Positions 25,705 to 43,202 are shown, counted from the first letter of the stretch. The stretch is 64,000 bases of DNA from Eledone cirrhosa (GCA_964016885.1 OZ024740.1:184326001-184390000), one strand, 5' to 3'. Notes: generated from the letters alone by a model not told the origin. Numbers and translations are program-made.

Positions 25705-28700
25705 ATACATTCAAAAATCCTCGATAAGAGTGTTTAAATGTCGAACCTAAACAGTTCGAATAACGGTGAAGTGGAGACCGAAATGTCATGTGACAGTCTC
25801 TCACCCGGCAGGTGCCCCCTGGCTCAGCAGCAGGGACCTGGCTGTCAACCAAATACAGCTGGTGTCGGAGGAAGAAGAAGAAGGAAAGAGACCAGAACCA
25901 ACTGGACGAAATAATTGAATAGAACTGTTATGCAATGTTACCTGAAGAGTAACCCCAAGTGGAAAGGCTATGAGAAACGGATGCATAACATCTGGAACTA
26001 GATTGGTCTATTTAAATTAGATGAACAAAAATTGGCCGGGCAGGCTCGGGTAATAAGAACTAATGGGTGGATAAGTGAGCTGGAACTGGAGGAACTGAGC
26101 AGAGAGATTGGGTTGGAAATGGAGAGTGGAGTATGCCAGGCAAAGGAGCCAGTGGGAAATGAAGGTGAAGAGGTTGAGAGAACGGAGGAACCATCCGAAG
26201 CAGACAATGATCTGAATGCTGAAATAAATAATACCTGGAACAAAGATACGGCCATTGAGGAGATGAATGCTGACAGGCTAGGACAAGATTTGGTTGACAT
26301 CCTAAATTTAGTGGTAGATGAATTGAACAATGATAGTGGGAAACCTATGAACCTAAGATTTGTAGACAGGATAAAGTTAAAAGAAACAACAGCTAAGGTA
26401 AACAAAGTCATCTCATACCTTGAGGCGAGGAGCCTTCACCAGTGCAATAATATCCTCAAAGCAACAGCAAATGCGGTGAGGAAATTACTTGGTATAAAAG
26501 CGAGAGGAAACAACAAACAAGAAAGATCATAGCCTTTGTGGAAGAAACGACTGAATGGTCAAATCAGAGAAATGAGAAATGACATTGGAAAGCTTGAGTC
26601 CCTACTGAAGGGGACACTAAAAAACATAGACTCTAAAAATAGACTGGAAATAAAGTACAAAACTAGAAGGAAAAAGCTAAATATTATCATAGAGGAACTG
26701 AAGCAACGCATTTCAGCAAAGAGTGCAACAATTAGGCGATACGAGAGCAGAGTCAGTCAGTATAGACAGAACCGCATGTTTGACAACAACCAGAAGATGC
26801 TCTTTGGACAGCTTGAGGGGAAAGAAAGAGGCAGCGACTTAATCCCTGAGGCGGAACTAACTAAGACATTCTGGAGAGGAATATGGGAGCAGGATGTTAA
26901 ACATAATGACCAGGCAGTGTGGATTGAGACAGTACAAAAGGAGATTAGTGAACAGGCACACCAACAAATTAATTTGAGTTTTACAGTTGAAACTCTTAAG
27001 GTGCAGGCCAAAAAACTAACCAACTGGAAATCACCAGGCCCAGATGGTGTGCAGGGGTATTGGATTAAAAATATAACATCCCTCCACCCGAAACTGAGAA
27101 CCCTGTTCAATGACTGCCTGTGGTCAGGTGAGGTATCAGAGTGCTTGACTAAAGGGACCACAGTTCTGGTAAGGAAAGACCGAATCAAGGTAATGATGTT
27201 ATCAACTATAGACCTATCACATGTCTGTCCGAATGTGGAAACTGTTGACAAGCATTATGTCTGAGGAAATCTACCATCACCCCCACACAAACAACTTGTT
27301 ACCGGACGAACAGAAAGGTTTCCGAAAGAAGTCCCGTGGTACAAAGGACCAGTTACTTATTGATAAGATGGTAATGAGGAATTGCAAGAGGAGACACACT
27401 GCTCTTGCCATGGGATGGATAGACTACAAAAAGGCATTTGATACGGTGCCTCATTCTTGGATCACCAAAAGCCTAGAGATCTTCAAGGTGGCAGATAACA
27501 TCAGACAGTTGTTGGGCAAAAGTATGAAGTCCTGGAAAACAGAGTTAACATCAGCTGGAGAATCCTTAGGAGGCGTGAAGATCAAGAGAGGTATCTTCCA
27601 GGGAGATAGTCTGTCCCCTCTGTTGTTTGTCCTTGCCCTGATGCCCCTGGCCATTATACTGCGAAAAGTGAGAGCAGGATACAAGTTGGGAAAGGGAGAG
27701 CTTACCATCAATCACCTTCTCTTCATGGTCGATCTTAAGCTCTTCGGGAAGAGTGAGAAGGAGTTTGATGTGCTTGTTGACACTGTCCGTATTTTCAGCA
27801 ATGATATATGTATGCAATTTGGTATTAGTAAGTGTGGAGTCCTTGTGATGAAGAGGGGTAAATTGAGCAGAAGCAACGGAATACAGGTACCAACAGGTGA
27901 GATGATAAATGAAATTGACACTGAAGAAGGATACAAGTATTTGGGTGTTCTGGAGGCTGATGACATCAAGAACAACAAAATGAAGGAATTGATAAGATCT
28001 GAATACATTCGGAGAGTAAGGAGCGTATTAAAGTCACATCTGAACAGTAGGAATGCCATAAGTGCAGTAAATTCCCGAGCTGTGTCTATTATTAGGTTCA
28101 GTGCGGGAATTCTGAGATGGAATGTTGCTGAACAAAAAGAAATGGATAGGAAGACTAGGAGCTATTTACTATCTACAACATGTTCCACAAGAGGAGTGAT
28201 ATCGATAGACTCTACTTAAGGAGATCTGAAGGTGGAAGAGGTCTTATCAGCATAGAGGACTGTGTTCAGATAAAGAAAAACAACCTACACAAATACATGA
28301 CTAATAGTAAGGAGCCAATGCTCAGAACTGTACTGAAGGAGAGGAGAATAGACCAGGGGATGTCCAAGGAGGAAATAACAAGGAGAAAGAACAGCCTTCA
28401 TGAAAAATCCCTTCATAGTACCTTCTTTGAGAAAACTGAATTCAGAGATCCACAGACATGGAACTGGTTGAAAAGAGGAGACCTTAAAAAGGCTACAGAA
28501 GGAATGCTAATGGCTGAGCAAGAGCAGGCCCTCAAAACGAAGTGGCTGAGACACCATATTTACAAGGAGGAGGCTAGCCCACTGTGCAGGATCTGTGCAG
28601 AGAGAGAGGAGACTGTGGCTCACATTGTATCCGAGTGTAAAGCCCTACCTCAGACTCACTATAAAGGCTGGAGACATGATGTGATTGTCAAGGTGATCCA

Positions 28701-29233
28701 CTGGCACCTATGCAAAGTAAACAATTTACCACATTCTGAGAAGTCGTATGAGCATAAGCCAGAGTTGGTGATAGAAAACTATCAGGTGAAGGTGCTGTGG
28801 GATTTTAGGATACAGACGGACAAAAACTGGAACAAAATAGACCTGACCTGGTGGTTTTGGACAAGGATAAAAGATCGTGCCTGATTGTGGATGTGGCCTG
28901 CCCATTCGACACGAGAGTGCAAGAGAAGGAGAAGGAGAAAAGTAACCGATACTAGGACTTAAAGTGGGAGGTAAATAGGATTTGGAACTGCCATGAAGTC
29001 AAAGTGGTCCCGATTGTCATAGGCGCACTAGGTACTATCTCAAAAAGTTTCCAGGGATGGTTAAAGAAAATTGGCCCCGTCCCGCTTTTTAGAACGCTTC
29101 AAAAGGCATGCTTGCTGGGAACAGCAAGAACCCTCCGATACGTCCTGAATATCTGAGGCTGCAGGTAGTGGCTTGATATTCATTTCAACAAACTTTCCAG
29201 TTAACTAACATCAATGACTGAGACATAAATAAC
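25705..29233 (+). mobile_element. Near full-length R4/Dong-like non-LTR retrotransposon (RT + CCHC + RLE), disrupted
   Basis: Single broken ORF about 25738-29156: [69 protein letters not shown]; 3' (TAA)n tail. Confidence 0.9.
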
Positions 29234-29258
29234 AATAATAATAATAATAATAATAATA

Positions 29259-29329
<71 letters not shown>

Positions 29330-29844
29330 CAATAATATTTCATCCTTATTATTATATACTACCCAAGTCAATGACATATATTTTAATCGAAACCTTAGCA
29401 GAGCAAGCTATGAATTTAATCCTATTGAGGTTGATGAAATAATAATTTCCTCCCTTAAAATGGAGATCTGAATCTAATAACTCCAACATTTCTCTATTCA
29501 AAAGGAAAGCAGTAATGTGCTATTGAAAAGCATTATTATGTAAGGAAGATTGCAATAGGGCATGGAAGATGTGGTAATTCATATTTGATAGCAGTATGAA
29601 CTGTATCATATTCTTATATATAAAAATATATATGTGCATGTATGTGTGTATGAGTGTATGTATATATATATATATACACACACACACATATAAATATATA
29701 TATATAAATATCATCATTATTTAACATCTGTATGTATAAATGCATCATACGCTTACATAAAATATATTAAATGTGATAATAGTAAATTCATATAACCAGG
29801 CAGTGCTTCAACTAGCTATCTCTTATTTCACTCTTATCTTCATC

Positions 29845-29895
29845 TCAGATACACACACTCACACACATACACATACACACGCAGACGCACACGCG

Positions 29896-29926
<31 letters not shown>

Positions 29927-29994
29927 ACATATATATACACACATATATATATATACAGAGAGAGAGAAAGAGAGAGGGAGGGAGAGAGAGAGGG

Positions 29995-30063
<69 letters not shown>

Positions 30064-30072
30064 GAGAGAGAA
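29845..30072. repeat. Compound (CA)n/(TA)n/(GA)n microsatellite
   Basis: Direct reading. Confidence 0.95.
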
Positions 30073-31061
30073 AGATGCACACAAGCACTCAATTGCATGT
30101 GTATGTGTGTGTATATTTTTTGTGTTGGAGTATACAAACGATCTAGTTATTATAGTTTATTCATTGGTTCTAACCAAAGCTTCTTTCATTCCTAGATCTT
30201 TTGGAGTGACTCATGTAAAATTCAATTTCTTAAGGTGCCACAGAAATCTTACTCATCTGCTTTTTGTCATTAGTCAATTGTAGGCAGATTGGCATAAATT
30301 ATTATATAATAAGATGTTACAAGCTAAGTTTAAAAATCAATTAGCTATTTCGTCAAGTTGCATTCTACATTGTTTATATTTGGAAGGAAGTGTTTAAAAG
30401 ATACTCCCTTTTTTATATATCAGCACTTCTTATCTTCTTTTGAGCATCCCAAATAGTATATCTTCCTTTTGTTATCCATTAACCAAATCTAATGTGTAGT
30501 AATTCGTATTATTGCTGTTTCTGAACTACCTCTCGCTACAAAACCAGAGAGCCTTTATGATTAATAATTGTATTTTACATTCAATTGTCATATGCAGAAT
30601 GTGTAATCAATTGATCTATTCATATGCGTAACGCATGATATTTTCATATGTTCACTAGGCATGGTAATATATAGGTAAAAAGAAAATGTATTGCCATAAC
30701 CTTTTATCATGATGCAATAAGGGTGCATATAGCTAAACGTTTGTCCTACTAAATATAGCAGTTAAATATCCATCAAATTGCATCCTATTTGTTTAATGAG
30801 ATAAAGAACAAATTGGATAACATAAACTAATAATTCTAAACCTTTCTCTACAAAGTGCTCCTTTTATTTAGAATAATTTTCCCACAATACCCTACAATTA
30901 CCACACCACCAGGTAGTTTATACAATAAGAATAACAAGCAACGGAGAGAAATATGTTTTCCTAAGAAAAGAATTAACACAGAATAGCATATGCATATTAT
31001 ATTTAAAATCAAGTACTTGAAATGTTGAGCATAATTCATGACCCTCCAGTTCTACACTTAC

Positions 31062-31121
31062 AGACCCCTGGTAGCTCACAGCTACAAGGTTGGGAGCCAT
31101 GACAAAACATATACTAGTGAC
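31062..31121 (-). CDS. Candidate 60-nt host coding exon (VTSICFVMAPNLVAVSYQGS)
   Basis: Minus strand ..caatatag|60 nt open in phase 0|gtaagt, in non-repetitive DNA; no neighbouring exon found. Confidence 0.2.
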
Positions 31122-31704
31122 CTATATTGATAAATGCATAAAAGACATATATTGACAAAGATATACAAGGTTAGATTAACCATTAAGCAAAATAAGCTTA
31201 TGCTTAGGACATCAAATTCATTCGAATTAAATTAAATTTTCATTCCATAAGTATGTTTTTCTTTGCATACATTGCATACTTTGTATTGTTTAGGGTCTCA
31301 GAAAGACTTAATCTGGTCAAATGTGACAAGGGCCAGATTTACACCTTGGTGGGACTGGGGCACTACAGGTTTTTTGGGGGGTGGGGTGGGAGGTTGCATC
31401 ATAAAACTCCCAATTTTACATATTGAAGGTGGCTTGGTGCAAGTAATTGTAATTGAAAAGTTATACATACAGGTAATAAATTCACAAAAATCTAACCATC
31501 ATCATTTTACATCCACTTACCACACTGGCATGTGATAAACAGGTTGTCACAATCCAGGACCAAACATAGTGGAGTGACCTCACGTAGCTCTTAAATTAAG
31601 TATTTGGCATGGTTTTTATGGCTGAATGTTCTTCCTAAAATAACCTCTGTATATATACATATTCATCCAGAGGAACAGGACTTCCTTCTTAGCCATAATA
31701 AAGA

Positions 31705-32244
<540 letters not shown>

Positions 32245-33586
32245 TTATATATTGACAGACTGGTAGAGAAAGAGAGAAATATAAAGATGAATATGTCCCT
32301 TATTGCAGTGGCAAATTGTCTGCTAACACACAGGAAAACAGATGTATACACAAAAACACAATGTCACAACCATCTGATGTTGCTGATGTAGAAAACCCAT
32401 GATGACTCCAGGTAAGCAAAATCAAATATTTTAATGACAATATTCTTCTAATAACAATCTGATAGTTAAAAAAATTTGATGAATTTTGCCACAGTAAGGA
32501 CATTAAATATATTTTGAGAAAAATATAGTTGTTGTTGTCAAAAGGATAAAGCTTAAAGCCCAACAGCAGGCACAATATATATTGCTATGGCCCCCACTGC
32601 TGTGGTGCCTGCGACACTTGCCCCTTTAATGCAAACTAACATGCTGGAATATGGGCCACACAACCACAACAACAATATCGTCTGTTTATTATTGATTGAT
32701 TCTAGAATTTATGCAGCGAATTGCCCAAGATTAGATCTAGAATTGCCCAAAGATGGTTAGGATTTGCAGGATATTGCTGGAGAAGTAAGTGGGAAGTAAT
32801 ACAAAAGCTACTATTGTAGGAACCAACTCATGGGACATACAATAGAATAATACCTTCTTGAACCTTCATTGATCAACTCTCAGATAATATAAACCTCAGT
32901 AGGGGGCTGTTGCCAGGAGCAATGGAAAATCATGAATTGTGGAGAGACATTGTCAGGAATATTTGACTGTTTTCACAATGGTAATGATTCTATAATTTAT
33001 GTGAATAGTATAACATACTAAATGAAAACCTCCTTGTTACCTCATCAATCCAGATTGCATTCTTGACATAATTATTGCTTTAGCTTGCTGCCTTCATTAG
33101 AAATTCCAATTTATCAAGCTTGCATCTATTGACTTTTGTAAGTAGGATCAAGAAGGATACCCAAGACATTAAGAAGGTTGTGAAACTGAGAAACTAATTA
33201 CACTGCTAAAGTAAAACGTCAATGAATGAAAAGCTGCAGAAATGAATTATTAAAAACCCGTTTGTTGAGCTAGTAGGAAAAAGAATCACTAATTACCAAT
33301 TGTAGCTTACAGCAATCAATAGCAGTTGTACAATTTGGAAAAGTTTCTTATGTTTGAAACAAAATATGTCATTGTAGTTATTTATTTTTCAAATGTTAAT
33401 TTTGTTCGTTTATTTTTGTTTTATTTTTGGTGAAAACGAAGTTGTTACTTGAAACATTGTATCTACTGCATGTCATTATATAATGAATAGATGAATAAAT
33501 AAATAGCAATTGGTTCCTTTAAGCCTGGGGATATCATTATATATATATGCATATATATACATATATGTATATGTATATATATATAT

Positions 33587-33742
33587 AGGAAAAGAGTCAG
33601 GACCCCGCCGGCTGAGCTCCGGCCGTTTCGACAGCTATATCTGAACTAGCTGTCAAAAAGGTTGGAGCTCAGCCGTCAGGGTCCTGACTATTCTCCTATT
33701 ACCCACTCTACTACCCTAAGTATTGAGTACTCTGGTGCGTTA
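33587..33742. mobile_element. Fold-back fragment of the same PLE terminal repeat
   Basis: Imperfect inverted arms around 33641; tail ACCCTAAGTATTGAGTACTCTGGTGCGTTAT is shared with 31835 and 45595. Confidence 0.75.
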
Positions 33743-33743
33743 T

Positions 33744-33801
<58 letters not shown>

Positions 33802-35092
33802 CATATATATATATACATATATATAGATATATATATTTATTATATATAAAGTAATGATTTTATTTATTATATATTATTTACAATTAACGTCTCTTTTGGA
33901 ATAGGGGTGGGGGCGCTGAGTGTATCATGTGGCCATGAGGTGGGGGGGGGGGGGGGCACTAGCTCAAAATATTGAGAACTTCTGGGTTAAAATGTAACTC
34001 TCCATGATATGATTCCCAGTTACATTCTCTACAATAATTGAAAGTGGTTGAGCTGAAGGCTCGCAACCTACTTCCATAGAACCCTTTGCTACTAAAACAG
34101 TTCAAAGTATTTAACTGGCCCTTTATTTTATTAAATCTAGAAGAAGTAAATTGAAATGCAAATATGACCGTAACAGAATTTAAACTCTGAACCTAAAGAG
34201 CCATATTTAAATACCACATGACATTATCTCTACGTTCTAACAATACTGCAATTTCACCTTCCAAAACTTACACTATTAACAAAGAGAAGGAAGAGATAAA
34301 AATTCAACAAAAATAGTAACAGTAAATGTTTCCACACAATGTGTGCCTAAGCATAAATATAAGAGAAAATGTAGATAATCTAACACTGAATCAACCATAT
34401 TTACTAAGTATTCTATTGGGACTTTGTTTCACAAAAAAAAAAAAAAGAATTCGTAACGGTGATAAACAAAGGAAAGAAAAGGAAAGAAGAAAGAAAAGGT
34501 ATATATATTTTATTTGAGTTGTCTTCATTAGCTTTGGACTAACAGATTTACAGCATACAGAGATAGCAAATTTAATCCAGTGAACTTGTAAAAGATTTAA
34601 CTATGCAAGATAGAATCAGTAGAATTTATCACTAGAATGCTGCTGGCATTTATTTATCTACACCAATTGTAGATGAAAAGGAAAACCAACCCAGAACAGG
34701 GTATTATCTAAAATCTTTAAACTCAGGTGAGATGACCAAGTGGATACAAAAATTTCACTTACCACTATTCACAGGTCACGTGTTCAGATCTGATGTAGGT
34801 ATTTACTTGTGATGTTTTAGATAGAATTCCATACTTGTTATTGTCTCAGTTGAGTTATCTTGCTAAGAATCAGTCCTAGATCATTTGTCATTGATATCCA
34901 TAATAAAAGACTTTATGACCCTATAGATAACCACCACTTCTCTCATCTTAGCTCTCATTTAGATGCTTTATTTAGCAGATACCCACACTCCTCTTCCAAC
35001 CTTTATAATTTTCATAAGCAATTGGCTGGGTGATGAAACTTGGCCATTGGTAAGATTCACAACCCTGGAAGGAATTATACTTTGATTGTGAA

Positions 35093-35215
35093 GAGCCAGA
35101 GCAGATATAACTCCAACAATTAATGGATTAGTAGCTGATTTATTGAGGAGGCAAGAGACTTAGTGGTAAGGGTGTTGGACTTGCAATCATAAAATCATCA
35201 GTTGGATTCCTGGAC
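35093..35215 (+). mobile_element. Decayed tRNA-derived SINE head
   Basis: CTTAGTGGTAAGGGTGTTGGACTTGCAATC..GTTGGATTCC, similar to the head of the 63520-63862 element. Confidence 0.45.
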
Positions 35216-35386
35216 AGAGTGTACTAGGGAAATGTTCATGCCTATGACACAATTGAAGTGTCTTCCTGACCCATTGTTTGACAAGTTTTCTATGGTTGGA
35301 TACCTTTCATATCACTAACCTCTTTACAGGGTACACAGGATGCATTTATTATGTAGATCACTTACACTAGAGAGGTTGTCTTGATG

Positions 35387-35449
<63 letters not shown>

Positions 35450-35982
35450 TACGTATATATATGAATACAAACATATAACTTCATATATATGGTTGATAAG
35501 AAAGGCATCTAATTATAGAAACATTGCCAAAGCATTGAAAGGACTTTTCACTTGTGTTAGAGACGTAACAACATCCTAAGTACTGATGCTACAAAAAAAG
35601 GTAACTGACAAACTCTGTAGAATGTAGGAATGCATGTAAATTATGCTGGCTGGCTGGCCAGCATAATTTACCATCTTGACCAATGAGTGACAGTGAATGA
35701 TGCTAAATTATTGGTCACTTCTCCCCACACAATTTAGTATAATATTATTGACAATGATCTATTACTTCTAATAACCTTTGAGGCAACACAAAATAACAAA
35801 TCGGGTGTCTTATAATTCAACAACATTTGGACGTGAGTCTACATGTGAAAACCCATATCTGAGAAGAATTCGAAGCAAACATAATAAAATCATTTCTCGA
35901 GCTGATGGGCAGTGAAACATATGTAATATGTGATTAAATATGCAAATGATGCAACACTGATTCTTTGTTCTCTAATTAAATA

Positions 35983-38868
<2,886 letters not shown>

Positions 38869-38967
38869 ATATGTGCTCTACGGTTCTTATATATTTGATA
38901 TATGTTTATCCTTATCAAGCCCTCTTTGGATTTTAGTCTTCAAATTTATTATTATTACTATATATCT

Positions 38968-39860
38968 CCAGGGAGATACATTGGCTCCCTACATTTTTAT
39001 CATCGTAGTGGACTATTGTATGCGCCTTGCACTAGAGAAACACCAGGACTCTGGCTTTACTGTAGCACCGGCTCAGAGCAGGAGAGTTGGGGCGAAAAAG
39101 GTATCGGATGCTGAATTTTCCGACGACATAGTTTTGGTGACAAATACAGTGAAGGAGGCAGAGGATTTGATGCGGGAAGTTGAGACTGTGTCGATGAGTG
39201 TGGGGCTGAGAATGAATGAGACTAAAACAAAATATCTGGTAGAGAATGTTGAGAAGCCAGAGGGGATCACTAATGTAGGCGGGAAGCCGCTAGAATTGGT
39301 TCAGGGCTTCCTCTATTTGGGAACAAAGATTGGGAATACGGAAGATGATGTGGTTGAGAGGAAGAGCGTGCCGCAGCTTGAGATCGGTGTGGAAGTCTGA
39401 CCTTCGTAGAGACCTGAAAATCCGCCTCTTCATTGCTGTAGTGGAGTCTGTGCTGCTGTATGGGTCTGAGACTTGGACACTGACCAAGAGACTCACTCAG
39501 ATGGTGGATGGGTGATACACGAGAATGCGGAGGATGGCTCTGAACATTAATCAGTATACACTGAGGATGAAAAACTCAGAGCTGTATGGGAGCATCCCAA
39601 ACGTCAGCTCAAAAGTGACACAGAGTAGACTGAGGTTAGCTGGACATGTTCACCGACATCCAGAGTTGACATTGCACTCAGTGCTCCTTTGGGAGACCCT
39701 ACATGGACACACTAGAAGAGGAAAACCAAGGTTAACGTATGTTGATGCCCTAAGGACAGACACTGGTCTGTTGGAGACGCAGGACATGGCAGCGATAATG
39801 AGGGGCAGAGACCGCTGGAGAGAACTCGTCCATGGATCTCGGGAATTTTACCCGCCTTAG
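38968..39860 (+). mobile_element. 5'-truncated RTE-like LINE (RT C-terminal half)
   Basis: LQGDTLAPYIFIIVVDY, FSDDIVL, FLYLG, VESVLLYGSETWTLT, RLRLAGH..RGKPRLTY; ends at (TA)n. Confidence 0.8.
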
Positions 39861-39877
39861 ATATATATATATATATA

Positions 39878-40097
39878 TTAAAATACAAATATTAATAAAA
39901 TAGATGTTCTTTAGATCAATTACATTTTATTAAACATATTTCGGATGTACGACTGTACGTCCTCATCAGACAAAATATAATAATACATGCTATACCCTGA
40001 GATGTTAAATGGTTAAGATTTAATCAAGGTAGTGATTAAACAAAATGTAATTGATCCAAAGAACATCTATTTTATTAATATTTGTATTTTAATATTA
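39878..40097. repeat. Inverted-repeat PLE-tail fragment containing a hammerhead motif (minus, 39924-39976)
   Basis: Arms 39878-39935 and 40040-40097. Reverse complement: ATTTTGT-CTGATGA-GGACGTAC agtc GTACATCC-GAAA-TATGTT-TA-ATAAAAT. Confidence 0.7.
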
Positions 40098-40194
40098 ATA
40101 ACTCTGGAAAATTGTTTATCGTAGAGTGCTTCCAATCTACTGTAAAACTCATTTTTTGACATACTCATTGAATCTTGTTTAACTATTTAATATA

Positions 40195-41907
40195 TTGGAA
40201 TAAATGCTCTGAAATAGCGATATATATGTGAATATAGACATAGAATATTCGAAAATATTCTGTATGTTTATAATAAACATTTTGAAGACCTAATCGCTAT
40301 AGAATAGAATACGTCACGTATTACAATTAGATTCTCGATAAAAGCAAGGGAAGTAATCTACGCGTTTCATTCTCGTTAGAAATCATCAGGACTACATATC
40401 CAGTGCTTTTATCGAGAATGACACAGCTAGAGACTTATAGAATACTTAGCTGTGTACAGGAACTGGTTTGAAAGAGCGGTTGCCGGTCCGGCAGAAATTA
40501 GAAATTGGAATAAATGCTCTGAAATAGCGATATATATGTGAATATAGACATAGAATATTCGAAAATATTCTGTATGTTTATAATAAACATTTTGAAGACC
40601 TAATCGCTATAGAATAGAATACGTCACGTATTACAATTAGATTCTCGATAAAAGCAAGGGAAGTAATCTACGCGTTTCATTCTCGTTAGAAATCATCAGG
40701 ACTACATATCCAGTGCTTTTATCGAGAATGACACAGCTAGAGACTTATAGAATACTTAGCTGTGTACAGGAACTGGTTTGAAAGAGCGGTTGCCGGTCCG
40801 GCAGAAATTAGAAATTGGAATAAATGCTCTGAAATAGCGATATATATGTGAATATAGACATAGAATATTCGAAAATATTCTGTATGTTTATAATAAACAT
40901 TTTGAAGACCTAATCGCTATAGAATAGAATACGTCACGTATTACAATTAGATTCTCGATAAAAGCAAGGGAAGTAATCTACGCGTTTCATTCTCGTTAGA
41001 AATCATCAGGACTACATATCCAGTGCTTTTATCGAGAATGACACAGCTAGAGACTTATAGAATACTTAGCTGTGTACAGGAACTGGTTTGAAAGAGCGGT
41101 TGCCGGTCCGGCAGAAATTAGAAATTGGAATAAATGCTCTGAAATAGCGATATATATGTGAATATAGACATAGAATATTCGAAAATATTCTGTATGTTTA
41201 TAATAAACATTTTGAAGACCTAATCGCTATAGAATAGAATACGTCACGTATTACAATTAGATTCTCGATAAAAGCAAGGGAAGTAATCTACGCGTTTCAT
41301 TCTCGAGAGCATTTATTCCAATTTCTAATTTCTGCCGGACCGGCAACCGCTCTTTCAAACCAGTTCCTGTACACAGCTAAGTATTCTATAAGTCTCTAGC
41401 TGTGTCATTCTCGATAAAAGCACTGGATATGTAGTCCTGATGATTTCTAACGAGAATGAAACGCGTAGATTACTTCCCTTGCTTTTATCGAGAATCTAAT
41501 TGTAATACGTGACGTATTCTATTCTATAGCGATTAGGTCTTCAAAATGTTTATTATAAACATACAGAATATTTTCGAATATTCTATGTCTATATTCACAT
41601 ATATATCGCTATTTCAGAGCATTTATTCCAATTTCTAATTTCTGCCGGACCGGCAACCGCTCTTTCAAACCAGTTCCTGTACACAGCTAAGTATTCTATA
41701 AGTCTCTAGCTGTGTCATTCTCGATAAAAGCACTGGATATGTAGTCCTGATGATTTCTAACGAGAATGAAACGCGTAGATTACTTCCCTTGCTTTTATCG
41801 AGAATCTAATTGTAATACGTGACGTATTCTATTCTATAGCGATTAGGTCTTCAAAATGTTTATTATAAACATACAGAATATTTTCGAATATTCTATGTCT
41901 ATATTCA
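40195..41907. mobile_element. Retrozyme-like tandem array 1 (310-bp unit, one hammerhead per unit)
   Basis: Unit starts at 40195/40505/40815/41125; orientation flips at 41305/41306. About 3.6 antisense + 1.9 sense units, with no differences seen by eye; no ORF of 60 aa or more inside. Confidence 0.9.
41431..41473 (+). ncRNA. Type I minimal hammerhead ribozyme (representative of 12 complete copies)
   Basis: GTAGTC-CTGATGA-T-TTCT aacg AGAA-T-GAAA-CGCG-TA-GATTAC; predicted cleavage after GUA at 41467. Stem I is extended by the 15-bp helix TTCTCGATAAAAGCA/TGCTTTTATCGAGAA. Confidence 0.9.
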
Positions 41908-41997
<90 letters not shown>

Positions 41998-42511
41998 GTA
42001 TGTATATATATATATATATACATATATATGTGTAAATATATATATACATGTGTGTGTGTGGATATATGTAATTATGTGTTTGTAGACATAATGTATGCAA
42101 ATGTGTGTGTTTGTATGTATACAGATATGTATGCATGAGTAGATATATGAACAGATCATTAACTCTGTAATAGGTGGACTTGAATACTACTTACATTATT
42201 CATTATCATCTATGCATTTTCAATGTTAAATTTTGAATCTCACTACCCCAACAACAACAGTATCAGCAACAAAAATGGATTATTTACATTATATCTAAAA
42301 TTTTGCTCCCTTTCAATTAAATTCTTTCAACTAAGCTTAATTGAAAATTCGAAAAATGTTATTGATAACAACTCTCGCTGCAGAAACAATTGATATAAAA
42401 TTTACACCCTGCCACGAACAACAAAAATATATCAAATATGGTTTGTAAAATTAAATTCAGGAGATTGAATACTTCACTATTATTTCTTTTGTTGCTTTTC
42501 ACATTTACACA

Positions 42512-42603
<92 letters not shown>

Positions 42604-42689
42604 TATTTATATATAGATATATAATGTGAAAAGCAACAAAAGAAATATATATATATATATTTATATATTGACAATATAGACCAACCGTC

Positions 42690-42870
42690 CGGTTATGAAA
42701 CCAACCAAACATCGGGAAATTTATAAATTTAATTTATAATAAATTGGAGTGAAAGCAACTGGTGTGTGTGTTTCTTATTGGCAACATGACCCTCCCAAAG
42801 TATAACAATATCGGTTTCAACACACGTTTTCAGATAAAGAATCTTGCTAAACAAACTCAGAAACGAAATA
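42690..42870 (+). mobile_element. Isolated 3' tail of the 4629-6330 PLE family
   Basis: Matches 6225-6330 and the reverse complement of 4629-4810; another tail fragment at 62522-62602 (minus). Confidence 0.75.
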
Positions 42871-42956
42871 TATATATATATATATATATGTGAATGAAGT
42901 AATTCCGTCGGAAAAGTCCTGGAAAAAAGAGTGCTCTATGTAGGTAACATAGCTTA

Positions 42957-43202
42957 ATAGTTATGTAATAAGCAACATAAGGCAATTATTCCATTTACCA
43001 GTGGTTTCTTAAAAGCAAAGAATGTTGCTTTCAATCATCAGAATGAAAAGATCCTTGTCTGTGTATTGAATTTGGATTTTAAAATCCAAATTCAATGAAC
43101 AGACCAGGATTTTTTCATTCTGATGATTGAAAGCAACATTTTTTTGCTTTTAAGCAACCACTGGTAAATGGAATAATTGCCTTATGTTGTTTATTACATA
43201 AC

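Noticed and set aside
25780-25850. GC-rich hairpin near the 5' end of the Dong-like element as an HDV-like ribozyme
   Set aside because: Forms a simple stem-loop inside the ORF start; I could not build the nested double pseudoknot. The same holds for the Tx1 5' ends.
32309-32411. AG...GTAAGC-bounded exon-like segment on the plus strand
   Set aside because: All three frames contain stops; no other support.
35854-35930. Hammerhead-like motif CATAT-CTGAGAA...GAAA-CATATG-TA-ATATG
   Set aside because: C3/A8 mismatch and no convincing stem II; at best a decayed copy.
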